Positions 62,641-64,000 of a stretch of 64,000 bases of DNA are shown here, piece by piece (position 1 is the first letter of the stretch; every line of letters starts with the position of its first letter). This stretch comes from Isurus oxyrinchus (lineage: Eukaryota): assembly GCA_026770705.1 (NCBI GenBank), contig JANJGN010000071.1, forward strand, positions 1,364,001-1,428,000, read 5' to 3'. The position numbers were made by a program, and so were the translations under genes. Below the pieces are notes generated by a model. The model saw only the letters and a list, made by a program, of their open reading frames with translations. It did no database searches and had not been told where the DNA came from.

Positions 62641-62922
62641 ATTCCACAGTGATGGTTATGAACCCCTCCACTGCTCCATGTTCATTCTCTGCCACACACT
62701 GATATTCTCCAGTGTCCCTGGATGTAACGTGAGGAATCACCAACCACAGCTCATTGTTGGAACTTGTTCTGTTCATTGGGACATTAAGATGTCGCCACAT
62801 CAGGTTAGAAGCTGGGAAGCTCTCGACAGAGCAGATTATCACTGCAGAATTCCCCTCAATTATATTGATCGATGAAGCGTTAATCATATCTGGAGAAGTA
62901 ATTGAGAGATTCCGTGGTGCGT
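62641..62922 (-). CDS. Gene C membrane-proximal Ig (C2/I-set) exon (DAPRNLSI...IICSVESFPASNLMW...DTGEYQCVAENEHG...ITVE)
   Basis: ttttag acceptor and gtgagt donor, 282 nt, phase 1-1, MAG/CD22/Siglec-like domain. Upstream exons lie beyond the window end. Confidence 0.9.
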
Positions 62923-63049
62923 CTAAAAACAAATACAGATCAGTTAACTTACACTGACTGTGAAGCACTTTGAAAGACACTGAGAATGTGAAAGGTGTGA
63001 TGTCAATGTACGTTCTTTCACCACATAGCCCGTAATCCAGGCAGACACT

Positions 63050-63520
63050 TCAGTTCAGTATTGAGGGCGTGCTGCACTGTCAGAGGGTCAGTACTGAGGG
63101 AGTGCTGCACTGTCAGTGTGTCAGTACTGAGGGAGTGTGGCACTGCCAGAGGGTCAGTCCTGAGGGGATGCTGCACTGTCGGAGGGTCAGTAGTGAGGGA
63201 GATCTGCACTGTTGGAGGGTCATTACTGAAGGAGTGCTGCACTGTCAAATGTTCGCTTCTGAGGGAGTGCTGCACTGTAGGAGGGACAGGGAGTGCTGCA
63301 CTGTAGGAGGGACAGTACTGTGGGAGCGCTGCACTGTAGGAGGGACAGTACTGTGGGAGCCCTGCACTGTAGGAGGGTTACTGCTGAGGTAAAACTGCAC
63401 AGTCAGAGCGTCAGTTCTGATTGACCAGTGCAATGTTGGAGGAGCACTACTGAGGGATCATTACACTATTAGAGAGTCAGTAATGAGGGAGTGCTGCACT
63501 GTAGAAGGGTCAGTGCTGAG
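63050..63520 (+). repeat. 33-bp minisatellite, intronic
   Basis: Tandem degenerate 33-mers. Confidence 0.85.
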
Positions 63521-64000
63521 GAGGCAAACACGCTGTTATGTGTGTACTATAGGCCTCCTGTGATAATGTGGAGTGCCAGGTACCTTTAAGAGAATACAAG
63601 TGGATAAACCATGTGACAGTACTGACCAATCACTGGACAGTGTGGGCCACTGGTTAACTGTAAGTCTAGAGCTGGAGGTGGCTGTGGGAGCAGGCAAGGA
63701 TTTAGTGCTCTGCCCTCTGTTACAATAAATAATCAGCTTGTTCTAATGTCGGTCTCTCTTGGTTATTGATAGCGAGCATCAACTAAGAAGAACTCAGCAG
63801 GTCTGGCAGCTTCGGGGGAGAAGAAAAGAGTTGATATTTCGAGTCCTCATGACCCTTCGACAGAACTGAGGTCATGAGGACTCGAAACGTCAACACTTTT
63901 CTTCTCCGCCGATGCTGCCAGACCTGCTGAGTTTTTCCAGGTAACTCTGTTTTTGTTTTGGATTTCCAGCATCCGCAGTTTTTTTGTTTTTATCAACTAA

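Overview
Eukaryotic, repeat-rich, intron-containing genomic DNA. The repeat families (Deu-domain SINEs, HE1-like SINE and HER1-like LINE, CR1, L2, Penelope-type termini) point to a cartilaginous fish, which is an inference. The window is an immune-receptor cluster. (1) Gene A (minus strand) and gene B (plus strand) are Siglec/CD33/MAG-like genes arranged head-to-head. Their 5' halves (promoter, leader, two tandem V-set exons, one C2-set exon) form an inverted duplication of about 12 kb (~732-13400 vs ~17400-29433). (2) Gene B ends in an uncharged TM exon and a tail with ITIM (LFYANI) and ITSM-like (TEYAQI) motifs, so it is inhibitory-type. Its C2 splice donor reads CT instead of GT, and its distal V domain has lost the sialic-acid-binding Arg. 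(3) Gene C (minus strand, right edge) has an Ig exon and a TM exon with an intramembrane Arg and a short tail without Tyr, so it is activating-type. The 3' flank of gene A is paralogous to gene C, so A and B look like an activating/inhibitory receptor pair. (4) A three-exon hepcidin-like gene (47990-52974, +) sits inside the cluster. It has an atypical 29-aa 8-Cys mature peptide and an apparent 1-nt frameshift in exon 1, and its position recalls the mammalian HAMP-MAG-CD22 linkage. The rest is LINE/SINE/LTR fragments, 33-bp and 37-bp transposon-derived minisatellites, microsatellites and N-runs. Most long ORFs in the supplied track are repeat artefacts. All coordinates were counted by hand, and repeat boundaries are approximate.
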